The notes: a model not told the origin generated them from the letters alone. A stretch of DNA of 12,000 nucleotides from Takakia lepidozioides (GCA_030704615.1 JAKLZA010000307.1:1-12000); one strand, 5' to 3'; numbered from the stretch's first letter, positions 1 through 10,485 are shown. Numbers and translations are program-made.

Positions 1-215
1 GAGGTAGGCTGCTGTCATTTTCGTTCATTTGTCTTTCTGTTACGGACATTTCGATTGGTCCCTCACCATTGTTTGTGTCTTTCTAGGAGCGGTGCTTGGA
101 TTCCGACACGGACATGCCGAACACGAATATGGCAGAATCGGTCCACTCCTCCTGGCGAGCGTCTTCTGCCGCACATCTGGTGGACGTAGTGACGGCCACA
201 ACGCAACGACGCAAT
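1..215 (+). pseudogene. Fragment of a second, related MULE transposase (catalytic Glu region), truncated at the left TIR
   Basis: Intron 4-86 (GT..AG), then ERCLDSDTDMPNTNMAESVHSSWRASSAAHLVDVVTATT, which aligns without gaps to NMSIEEMADMPSCNLAETVHNAWLQQSGKRGRDLYVATT of the internal transposase. The intron acceptor is at the same position (8 codons before DMP). Confidence 0.8.
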
Positions 216-417
216 GGCGTGAGCGTTGCACGTGAGCGCGCGAGCGTACGCTCACGCCAGCTGACGTGGCGTGAGCCTGCACACATGCTGACGTGGCGTG
301 AGCATCATGTCAACATGCTGATGTGGCGGTAAATGATGACGTGGCACTGTCCGTCAACTGCCACGTCAGCATTAACATGCGCCGCCTATAACCGTGGATG
401 GTCCTATGACCGTGGAA
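216..417 (+). repeat. Left terminal inverted repeat / subterminal motif array
   Basis: Outer ~45 bp matches the right end in inverse orientation. The inner block ACCGTGGATGGTCCTATGACCGTGGAA (391-417) resembles the reverse complement of 11320-11348 (CCCGCGGATTGGCACCCTTTACCGCGGAA). TGACGTGGC at 262, 289, 337 (variant at 319, inverted at 360); repeated GTGAGC. Confidence 0.8.
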
Positions 418-821
418 TTAATGCAGGGAATCTTGCCTAAATAGAATCAAGACGAGCGTTGAGGCCTACAATTGCAGCATCCAACATTGTGCAATTACAA
501 ATGTTTGTTTCACTTTTACAATTACGAAGACGACAAAATATCCTCACAAAGTGTGCGCCATAAAGGCTGCCACGAGAAGACTTCCTCCCTCCTCAAATAA
601 CAATGAGAGTTATGATCATCTTCAAAAGATGATTGTAGTGCATAGCGACAGCAAGACATGTAGACTTCGAACGGTGCAATGACAAATGTGCACTACCTAA
701 AAGTTGTCACTCAGACCTCACTCCGTATAGTTGGAGGCCATATCATTGCACAGCCGACGAATTGATGTGAATTACACATTTCAAATCATGGTCATCCACA
801 TACCACATTACATAGTTCATG

Positions 822-1444
822 CTACCCATGTGTTGTATCCCGCTGCAAAAGAGTATCGACCTCGTTGAAACTCATAGTGGCCTGGTGAATGAAGTTGTCA
901 CGTTTGGGATCGCAAACCATCCTCCTCAAAAATATGAAATACAAATGTTTGCAGGGTATGAATTTACCTCTCTTGCCCAAACTGGTTGATAGCATATTCA
1001 CAAAATCAGGACATGTGCAATTGGGGAAATTGGAAACCGTGATGTCGTAGGTCCTGTCATGAACAGCAGATGTGGAAGTGATGATTGTGAATACCCGACC
1101 ATATCCTGGATCGGGTACTTCCGTGGTGCTTCCGACACGAGCTTGGAGCATTCTTGCGGACTCCACTTTGCCAAAGTGTTCAGCGGTTGGAGGGAAACGC
1201 CGAACGAGCTTTCCATCTCGTTTGGTTGGCCACAAGTCAGGATTTGCCGGGGGGACCCGGGAGGACGCAGGAGTAGTAGCACATGCATGGAGTTGGGGTT
1301 GTCTCGCAAGGGAAAAACCTGCCTCCTCCAGCATTTCAATCTCCTGAAAGCTGAGATGTGTTCCCACCTTCACGGGCCAAACGGTTGGAGGAGATGGCTT
1401 CATCACTACGGAAGGACGCACAGTTCCATGCACACATCTGCACA
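822..1444 (-). CDS. C-terminal transposase segment with SWIM zinc finger
   Basis: YDITVSNFPNCTCPDF...IPCKHLYFIF matches the SWIM CxC-xn-CxH pattern. Confidence 0.85.
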
Positions 1445-3318
1445 ATCATCTGCGCAGAACCAGAACTTGTGGTTCTTGGCTTCTGGTTGACCGTATGGAC
1501 GCATCAAGCCCGTGAAAGTCGGAGCAGGAGTTCGGGCACCACCTCTGGATATAGATGAAGTGCACTTCTCGAAATTAGTTGCCCTGATCGCTGTACATTT
1601 CACACGAGACCCGACACTTGTGCGTTCTATGTGCCAAACGTGGTCGGGGCATGCGGACTCAAGCACATCAAGGGGGTTGTTTCTCTCCTGCACCATTTCA
1701 GTGGCACGGTTTGATGCTGGAGCTTGCCGTCGTGTTGGAGGTTCCTCCACAATGGAGGTTCCGGACACGGAGCTGTCATGCAGGGGAACACGAGGCTTCG
1801 AGAAGTTATCACGGTCTGCCCTGTGGGAATCTGAATCCGAACCAGGTGGAGTGTTCAATTTCCTCTTACAGGAGCCGAATCTCTCCTCCCCTTCAAGATG
1901 TGGAACTCTAGAAACAAGTGGCGTTCCCTGGGCATACATGCTCACCGCCCGTGCTATCTTGATTGGATCCCCAGATCTGTTTGCAGCACGCAACATCAAC
2001 TCCGATTTGTCCGGACCCTTGCCACCAACCCCACCTCGTAAGAAATCACGGTATCGGGTTTGTTGTTGCAAGGCACGTATCAAATCATCTGTTGTTGCCA
2101 CATACAAATCCCGACCTCGTTTCCCAGACTGCTGCAACCATGCATTGTGCACAGTTTCTGCCAAATTGCAAGATGGCATGTCTGCCATTTCCTCAATGGA
2201 CATGTTCTGCAAAGAGGATAACCACACTTCAGAATAGTGCACAGGAAACAACATAAAGAAAGCAATGAGTCAAAAATATGGAAAGCAAATGTATGAATAA
2301 AGCATGAAATAGAAGCCTCGTACCATTGTCATGGCTGCTCCCCACTGTCTATACCGGAAGTGCCAAAACGCCAGCCAATCTTCCAATGCTCTCATACTCT
2401 CAAGTGATGCAGCTCCAGAAGAGAACCACCAGGCACGAATTGTCTGGAACAAAGTGTCCGCCTCCTTCATTGTTCTAGCATCTTTGTACTCTTTGCACAA
2501 TTTACGGTGCTGAGTCTGCATCTCTGGTTTGATGTCCGACTTTGTATGTTTTTCCAGAGATTGTGTCCAATGGAATAGACATGTACGCTCTCTTCCTGGC
2601 ATAGGCACTTTTGGGTCGCCCGATCCGAAGACAATACGAATAGCATTGAAATTTGCTTGAGCACTATCCGCCATGAAACCTGCGAAATTTGGAGATGGCA
2701 GCCCATGACACGTATCAGGGAATTCCACATGAGCTTCTGGGATTCCGTATCCTCGGATTGCATGTCACAAACTGCAATTGTCATAACTCGTTGGTACACT
2801 GGATCGTAGACATGACAAGCCATTGTCGTCCAATCCTTCACTCGTTTCACATGATCAAACATAAGAAAACAGTTCTGCAAGTCCCCAGTCTTCTGCATCC
2901 GCTTCACGAGGCTAACCCCACTGCCCTCCCCAACAGTCGACATTTTGAAAAGAAAAACTTTGATGGCACCTTGACCTGGGAATACATTGTCCTGGATGTA
3001 ATCGTACTTGCTCAGTCGTTTCAATTCCAAAATATTGTCTATGTAGCCTCTGATCCCAGAGCCCATTCTCAATGCATTGATCTGATGCCGAATGTTAGGT
3101 GAACTTAAAGTGGAGAAATGATCCATGACCAGGTCCAATGCTGCACCGTCAAGTTTAGTCCCCACAGAATCTCCTTCACTCAAAATATGGCTTTCCAAGA
3201 AGGACTTGCTTGCGCCAAGAGCAATTGCAGATGTTGTTGCGGATGGGTTTCTCCCGAACTCCTGTTTGATCAACCTCGATACTGTCTCAACACTCTCCCT
3301 GTAATCCCCCTTCGAGAC

Positions 3319-3657
3319 AGGATGGTTATGGAATCCAAAATGCACACAAGCTCTCGTCATTGTATTCAAACGGTGGACAACATAGTACATTCTTGCTCCG
3401 CAGAGCGCCAAGCAGGATGGCACAAGTTTGCAGAATTTGCAGACGAAAGTGTTTGCCGGTGGAGGGGCAGTCCCAGGCTGAAATGGATTCTCCGCCAGAC
3501 CCTCCCATTCGCTTTGATTATGAACTCCAGACTGAAGAAAGTGTCTGCAATTCAAATTATCACACCTAAGGTGTCCATTGCAAACTGTCCTCCTGAAAAC
3601 AAGCTTGTCATCATTCTGAATATTGGATGTTTTTGTTCTGCACCACGGGTGCCCGTC
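3319..3657 (-). other. GCM/WRKY-like zinc-binding DNA-binding domain of the transposase
   Basis: Pattern DGHPW...CNGHLRCDNLNC...CKFC...C...CGA...HFGFHNHP resembles GCM/WRKY-GCM1 fingers found N-terminal in MULE transposases. Confidence 0.65.
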
Positions 3658-4325
3658 GTGTTTCTTGTCCATTCCATGCATCATGATTGTTACACCTCCA
3701 ACTCGCGGAGGAGGAGGCAGCTCGAATAGGATATCGCCATCAAAAGTCTCGGCAAGAACTTCACAGGCACCTGCTTCAAAGATTCCCAATCAATTCCCCG
3801 CAACTCACTTTTGAATCCAGCCATTCCTCCCATCGCCCGCAATTTTGGAATGACACTACAAATCTCTTCTTCATCAGCTTCTGCAACCACAGTAGGAAGG
3901 ACTGGATTTGGAATTTCACTTATGTCATCATCGGAAGAATCCGAAAGCTCAACGATTGGAGTGGAGGAAGTCTGTTCTTTTTTCACCACCACCTCCCTCT
4001 TGTCTTCAACGACCGAAGCAGCAGTCCCGGGCGTCACATATGACCCAAGGGACTTTCGCCGAGGCTCTCCAAGTACTCTGTATCGACCAGGACGCACTCT
4101 CCACTGGCTGATATGAGCCGTCTCATCACGGTTTTGGAAAGAATATTTCACCAACTTCCCTTTCAGATCGTAAACCTCTTTCTCCAAAAAGATGGAGCCA
4201 TTCTGCAGCTGAAAACGGGTAGCCAAGACATGTTCCAGAACAATTGCAAATCCATTGTCAAGGACTTCCTGGGAGAACGGCACTGGTTTGTCGTCTGAGA
4301 AGAACTCCGCTTCAGAGGAAGCCAT

Positions 4326-5180
4326 CTTCCTTCCTCGAGTATGTTTGTACCTTGCTATCGCAGATCTAGTGTAAATCGGTTTACTGCTGTCTCCAGAACA
4401 CAGTTGAAGAATGAGCAGAGCATATGGCGGAGGAAGCTCAGATAACGACTGTGCATATTCTGTTATTCATTCCAGATATGCAGCCGTCCATTTTAATTAC
4501 TTTTCTTGTGGGCCCAGTGGTCAGAGAATCCATAGGGGCAGTGTCGGCAACTGTTAAACCGTTAATCAGAACCTCATCAATAAACCCAATAACAAAGCCG
4601 ACTTCCTGGAAGCATGCCACAGGATCCGAGAATGGGATTGCAGATTAAGTAAATGTATCTATATACTACTACCAATGATCATGCGCACCTGGAAAGTTCC
4701 AAATGTGCAACGAATGTGGGGTTTGGATAACAAGGATGACCGTGTATGATATTCCAAAATTTGTCATCAAACTCTCGTTCATTTATATTTATTTGTTTAA
4801 GACTGCGCATCAATTTCTGGGATTCGCTGTTCTTTTTAAATATTGAACCAGTTATAATTTAGAACACGCCGTTTTGTTTTGGGCGGCACACGTCAGACAT
4901 CCATAACTGAATACGAACAGCTGTACACCAATTGCTGGCATGTGCACTAATAACGAAACGACTATGTGTAACGGTCACGCGGGAGGGAATCCGATGCTTC
5001 TAGAGACACGCAAGAACACAGGCAATCCCGCAAGAAATCGGGAGTCACTGCGTTTTTCTACTTTTCGCGCTTAGAGGGAGAGTGGTAGTCAAGCTGGAGA
5101 GGGTTCCTTCTAGAATACGAAAGAGAAGAAAGTCTCTTTATTTTACTTCCCTTAGAGAGAGACGCAGAGCAAGAGAGAAA
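4326..5180. promoter_or_regulatory. Divergent intergenic/promoter region between transposase and cargo gene
   Basis: Lies between the head-to-head ATGs at 4325 (-) and 5181 (+), with an AT-rich core at ~4650-4870. Positional inference only. Confidence 0.45.
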
Positions 5181-5558
5181 ATGACGAGGCGTCGTTTGTT
5201 GGAGAACACAGGGCCAAGGCAGCAGGTGAACGCGGAGACTGATTCACAAGAGCAGACGGAGACTGAGGCAGCGGCTGCGACACAGCCGGCGATAAGAGTG
5301 CGCCAGCCTGTGGAGGCAGAGATGAATCGCAGGGACACTGAAGAAGGTGGAAGCACGCGGAACGCCGAACCTGAAGAAGGTCAAGAAACCCTTGCGCAGA
5401 CAGAAACTCCAGCAGATGTGAGAGGGAAGAGGAAAGCTGCAGAAGGGGATCAAAGTTCAAAACCTAAGAAGGTGCCAGTAAGTTTTATCATATAGTCTAT
5501 GTGATTGCCTTTCAAGGAGTCCTTCCTCTTCCATTCTTTAGCAGGAACTACTGAATCG

Positions 5559-5877
5559 CGAGCGTCGTTAACGCCATTCGATTCTGCTCATGAGATTTAT
5601 GTACCTATGTGTTTGAAGAGAGAGTCTGCACTTACTATTCTCCCTAAACTACACTGAATGTCGTTGCCGCCAATCAGTTGCACATATATGTCATTACACA
5701 ACACCGATCCGGCAGGTTGTTATCTTTTGTGATTGTCGTTAACGCCGTTCGCTATCGCTCTCACTTTTGTTTTGAATACGGCAGTCTCGGCTTTGCATGT
5801 GTAGATTGTGCTGAATTCTTTCACACCATTCATGGTGAGTTTCCTTGATACAGAGTGATTGTCGTTACCGCCATTCA
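5559..5877. repeat. Degenerate 22-bp palindrome array in intron 1
   Basis: Copies at 5559, 5655, 5730 and 5856 match TGAATGKCGTTGACGMCATTCA at 17-20 of 22 positions; a weaker relic sits at 5812. Confidence 0.75.
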
Positions 5878-5920
5878 CTATTTGCAAATCACTTAGTCAG
5901 AACTGAATGGCATCGTGCAG

Positions 5921-6549
5921 AAAACTGTGAGGTCGAAGCCTACAGGATCAGAGGGGAAAGGATCTGGAGATGGGGACGAGTCCGCAAAAAGCTCAGAGAA
6001 TACAGATGAAGCAGATGAATCCGAAGTGCACTACCTTGACAAGGTGAAAGAACTCATGTCATTCCAGAAGGTAAACTCTCAGGAGGTTATAAGGGACATG
6101 CTCGTATCTGGAGGGCGTCTGGACATACCTCTGTGCCGGATGATATCAATGCCTGTTGTGCGTCCACCTCTTTCCCATGACATAACAAAATTGGAGAGTG
6201 ATTTTGTGCATGGATATAGACTTGGTGCACAAGTTTTTTATGTGTCACTGACGGATATAAATGGGAAAAGCACATTAGTTTCTCCAGAGATCAGTGATAA
6301 CTGGGATGAGTGCTGGAAAGATGCCAATGAGGAGTTCGAGCTGGGCCTCATGATGGGAAAGAACACCCAGCAATTTTGCAACCACATGTTCTACGTCTGG
6401 GACGGCAACCACCGATTGCTGGCATGGATGGGATACATTCAGAAACACCATTCGAAAGACAAAGACAAGCATGTTGCTGTGGAGGCAATGGTTTTGGATC
6501 CAGGAAACGACATCGCTAGGCTTCTTACAGCTATGCACGACGTGAACAA
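5921..6549 (+). CDS. Exon 2: ParB/Sulfiredoxin-like domain
   Basis: VVRPPLSHDITKLESDFVHGY resembles ParB box I and the following helix. FYVWDGNHRLLAW (DGNHR 6401-6415) matches the ParB/Srx GxxR signature. Confidence 0.75.
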
Positions 6550-7750
6550 GTAAGTCATCCAGGAGATTTGATTCCCTCTGTAGTGTCTTGTTGATCCTCA
6601 AAAAACAGTGTTAAGGAATGCAATGTTTTCAATGTTTTTGCAGATCGACAGAGAAATCGCATGTGACAACAAGCTTGGTTCACACACTATTCCGAATTCA
6701 GAGGATTGGTCTGATGAAGCTGGATGATTTTCGGACAGTACTACCACCCAATATCATCAAGAAGTGCGAAACAGGAAGAGCTGCAGGCACTTGGTATTCT
6801 TTGACACGAGAGGCGTTTCTGGAGTACATGTATGCGGTAAGCCCGAGTCTGTAATCTGTTTACTTTTCGAATACATGTTTAGAGTCCCTTCGGAGCTAAT
6901 CACTACTTGAATGAATGCAGCAAGAACTGGCAGAGGCAGCTGAGAAGGGAAAATCCGAATATTACCGCACTACACCAGAGGAACTAAGGACATCAAAAGG
7001 GTGTGGAAGCTGCAATAAAGAAGGAGTTTGAGATGCGAAGAACCAAATTGATGTCAGCCTTCGGAAAGCAGCTTAGAATAGTAGATCCTGGACTTGGTCC
7101 TGAGTTCCTTCAGCAGATCAAAACACACTATGACAAGCATGTGCATCCGGAGATGCAGCAGGAGAAATTGCACCGGCTGGCCATATCGATGGTCGACCCA
7201 CAAACAAAAATAAGGTGGCTGGAGATATGGAACTCAGATCAAACAGTAAAGGACTTGAATCAGTTCCCAAAGAGCACCATACAGCCTGGCACAAAGGTGG
7301 AAGGAATCAGTGATTTGGTGTTTGATAACTGGCTCCACAAGGCTACATTTTGGAGTCAGGTGTGTATTCGAACATGCTGTTTCTTCTCTTCAAGTATGTG
7401 ATGTGTTTCTTTTTTGCAATTCTGACAAATATACTATTTGCAGCTCGAAAAGCGCGCCGTCATTGTGCTGGATCAGACTTTGAAGGACCTGAACATTGCG
7501 ATTGTTTCCCCTCCCCAAATGTCATTGGAGGCATACATAAGGAAGTGGAGAGGTCTCACCTGGAGATACTGTTTTTTCCGGGAGTTCTCCAAAGATGGTA
7601 ACATTTTACGGTCCAACGACTTTGACAGTCAGGTTGGAGGAGAGTGGGCCATGATGCGAGTTGTGTACAGGTGAAATGTCATACTTGAAACTCTACTGTT
7701 TTTTTGGGAAAAATTGTGGCTTCATATGGATTGCAATCTTAGATCCAGAT

Positions 7751-8499
7751 TGAATGTCGTTGACGACATTCACTTCTTTGTCTGAGTCATTCTTAAGCGA
7801 GTATATGAATTCACCTGGTTAGGATCTAAGGGTGCAATTATATTGTCCCTGATTAGAATTGATAATGTCCTTGAATGGCGTTGACGACATTCACATACGG
7901 AGTTGTTGTGTGGTCCTCAAGGTTATTTAATTTTTGTAATGTCCATAGAGGATACAATGAGGGTTGATCACTTCATTTTGCTGAATGTCAATGCAGACAT
8001 TCAGTTGTTCTGCATTGTTTTTTCTCTTGCGATGAATATGGAGGCTTCATAAGCTCTGTTTTAAGAAATCCAAAGTGAATGTCGTTGACGACATTCACAG
8101 CTGTGTCTGTATTATTAAAAAACGACAAATTCAATTTTCATGGATTGGGGAGCTAAGTAATTGGTTTCTTTTTGTATTTTTGTGAATGGCGTTGACGCCA
8201 TTCACATACAGTGATGTTGTGAGGTCCTCAGTGATAGGTTCGTTATGAATGTGCATTGAGTTTTCCTGGATGGTTCCTTACTCAATTTTTTTATTTCCAT
8301 CCTGTGATTTTGCTTCATTTCAGTAATAATTTGGCTTCATTCTTGAATGTCGTTGACGACATTCACTTCTATGTCTGTGTCATTTCTAATCGCTTATTTG
8401 CATTCACCTGGATTAGGATGTATTTACAGTGTCATGGAATGGAATGTTCTGAATGGCGTTGACGACATTCATATCTGGAGCAGTAGTGTGGTCCTGAAA
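7751..8499. repeat. Array of seven 22-bp palindromes in intron 5, organised as three diverged dimer units
   Basis: Copies at 7751, 7872, 7982 (variant core), 8076, 8183, 8344 and 8450. Perfect arms of 10-12 bp around TG in 7751, 8076, 8183 and 8344. Confidence 0.92.
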
Positions 8500-9376
8500 G
8501 GTCCTTGGAGCAGTTGTCAGAGCCATTTCAATCCATGTTTTATTCTTTCTGTTCTACTTGCATCTTACTCACTGAGCGCTTTTGTGGGTTGGGATTCATC
8601 TCCTTTTTTCAGGTACACGAAATATGTGCTTATGGAAGGAAATCACCTGAGCGGAATTCCCGACTATCTTGACATGTGGTCGGACCCTGCAAACGATCCA
8701 ACCATGTATACTGCAGGGATATTGAAGGACTGGAGTCCTTCTCACTTCAGAGACTGTGGGTGGTACCTTGACTGCCCACCTGAGCACACGACCTTTCAAG
8801 AACAGCATATGAAATACTTGAACAATAACGCTGAGATGCTGGCGCCTTTGACTGACGAAGAGTATCAACGAAACATAGCAACCTTGGCTGCCAAGGAGCC
8901 TGATGCTCAGGGAACGCCGCAGAAGGGAAAGAAGGCGGGCCGCAAACCAAAAGACAAGGCTGTTGATGTCATAGCCATCTCACCAGCAAAGCCAAAGGAC
9001 AAAGACAAGTCCAAAGAGAAGGAAAAGGACAAGGGGAAGGAGAATGAAAAGGAGATGGAGAGTGGGCAGGACTTTAGTGCTGGAAGATATACCCGCACTC
9101 TTCAGTGCGTGTTCGATGCCAAGCCACACCCTTCCCGTTCTGATTCAGCAGGAGAGATGAAAATTGTTAATGAGGGTTGGCTTTCGATGATGCAGAGTCG
9201 AAAGAGAGGATACACTGGGGTGCCATCCCCTACCTGGGACAATATAATCTCATTCCTCAATCTGGTGAGAATTCCATTTTCTTTCCTTTTTCTCTGAATG
9301 TTCGTTGGCAGTATTTCAGTCTCGTTCTTTGAAAACATTCTTGCCATCGTTCTTATAAAAAACATGTCTGTTGCAG

Positions 9377-10485
9377 GTGAGCACAGGTCCCACCTTCGTG
9401 TGCGGTGTGCAGAAAACTTATGCGGCCGACATTGTCATTCTCGACATCCCGGATGGCAGGCTGTGCCAGAAGTTCTTCCAAAGGGCAAGACGCCAGGGTG
9501 GAACAAATTCGAGGACAACTACTGGAGTTGGGTATTTGGGTTCTGTAACAATTTCCTCTCTGATGCAGGGACACTTCTGCTTTTTCAGTCATGTGACAAT
9601 GATAGTCGTCGGGCATTGGCATCATACCTCAAGTCTTCAGGGTTTGAAGTTTTGCGCACATGGAATTGTTGTGAACAGCCTCTACCTTGTGAAAGGGGGT
9701 TTCCCTGGTCAGCTGGTATGTATGCCGTCTGCCTTCTGCTTATGCTTTGATCATGAGTTTCAATTTTCTCTGCAGCTCCACTCTAGTAGAATGTTTTATG
9801 ATCGACACCGATCATCAACGATTCATGGTTTTTTGGTGTCAGAGTTCTGAATAGCCGATGTACACACTTCCACTTTAGATTGTGTTTACCACACTAACCT
9901 GCTATCTTTGGCAGACGAGGATGTTCGAGGCGATCTGCCTGCGGAGGATTCGCACATCAAAGACACCATCCTCCATCCGCAGCTTTGAGATTTCTGACCA
10001 GGGTTGTTTCGTCAACCCCCCCTATGAGCCCCATGTCGATGACATTTTGTACAACTTCATGCAGTCAGTCAGACTCTGAAGAGACCAGATGGCACTCCCT
10101 GGAGAGGTGCAAAGGAAAAGTCACCAGCATTCATGCAAATACTGCTGGAGTCATGCAGCCCGCTCTGCACGGGTGGTCGATCTTTCTGTGTCCACAGGTT
10201 CGTTTTCTCCCTTCCGAATGGTTTCCTTTCAACAGTTTCATCTGCTTAAATCCCCTCCTCCAAACTGTTTATGTTCTCCTGTCTGGTGCAGGAGCAACTT
10301 ACCACGCATGCAAGGCAGGCGGAAGAAGCCTTTTTGGTATGGAGGGTGATTCTGACCTCTACAACACAGTGCTCCTCCCCCTTTTGTCTGGCTCCACTTC
10401 AGGCACACAGACTGATCGGATTCATATTCGAAATGATGACGATCCCGAAGATAAGCAGGTCGACAACGACTTTTCATGTGAGTAA
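9377..10485 (+). CDS. Exons 7-9: N6-adenine/N4-cytosine DNA methyltransferase-like domain (beta motif order)
   Basis: After splicing and frame correction: ADIVILDIPDG (motif IV-like, 9443-9457), then VFGFCNNFLSDAGTLLLF (motif VI-like), then PWRGAKEKSPAFMQILLESCSP (motif X-like), then VVDLSVSTG|ATYHACKAGGRSLFGMEGD (motif I/II, compare VLDPFxGSGTTxxAAxxxGRxxIGxE). Confidence 0.72.

Larger units (their letters stand above)
822..4325 (-). pseudogene. MULE-family DDE transposase with GCM-like Zn domain and C-terminal SWIM finger (frameshifted as given)
   Basis: Joins ORFs 3690-4325, 2467-3789, 2270-2728, 1406-2254 and 822-1445. ATG at 4325, stop at 822-824. Motifs: FDHVKR (D 2854-2856), FMADSAQA (D 2666-2668), CLFH (2570-2581), CNLAETVH (E 2156-2158), SWIM CTC-x19-CKH (945-1019). 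Phase-0 GT-AG intron 2323-2207. Frameshifts at ~3750, ~2705 and ~1444; no internal stops. Confidence 0.9.
5181..10485 (+). pseudogene. 9-exon cargo gene: ParB/Srx-like domain fused to C-terminal beta-class DNA amino-methyltransferase-like domain (frameshifted as given)
   Basis: Exons 5181-5477, 5921-6549, 6644-6836, 6921-7359, 7444-7670, 8613-9264, 9377-9715, 9915-10197, 10292-10485. All 8 introns are GT..AG with matching phases (0,2,0,0,2,0,0,1). Basic NLS-like segments (KRK..KPKK; KGKKAGRKPK). Frameshifts at ~7000, ~9458, ~9664, ~10068, ~10163; no nonsense codons in the corrected frame. Confidence 0.8.

Noticed and set aside
207-215. Target-site duplication (CGACGCA left versus CGAGGCA at 11494-11500)
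   Set aside because: Partial match only, overlapping the TIR and not in register with both ends.
615-633. 8-bp hairpin ATCATCTT-caa-AAGATGAT downstream of the transposase
   Set aside because: Single, AT-rich and plausible by chance; bacterial-type terminators are not relevant in this context.
1059-4298. Plus-strand ORFs (e.g. 1512-2237, 2689-3102, 3118-3729)
   Set aside because: Antisense shadows of the transposase with no recognisable motifs.
4424-4648. Short ORFs on both strands in the intergenic region
   Set aside because: No motifs and no supported splice link to either gene.
7751-8471. CRISPR array interpretation of the palindrome repeats
   Set aside because: Spacers are long and variable (72-139 bp) and homologous to each other in dimer units. 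The array lies inside a spliceosomal intron and no cas genes are present.
8347-8612. N-terminal part of ORF 8347-9297
   Set aside because: Intronic repeat sequence upstream of the acceptor at 8612; open by chance.
9458-9664. Middle of ORF 9371-9850 (RLCQKFFQ...HG) as the true protein
   Set aside because: The alternative frame (AVPEVLPKG...GFEVLRTW) carries the MTase-like motifs; two compensating frameshifts explain the open frame.
10014-10025. NPPY, a canonical N6-adenine MTase motif IV
   Set aside because: It falls in the variable region between the motif VI-like and motif X-like segments, while DIPDG occupies the expected position after a hydrophobic strand. Probably coincidental, but worth checking in an alignment.
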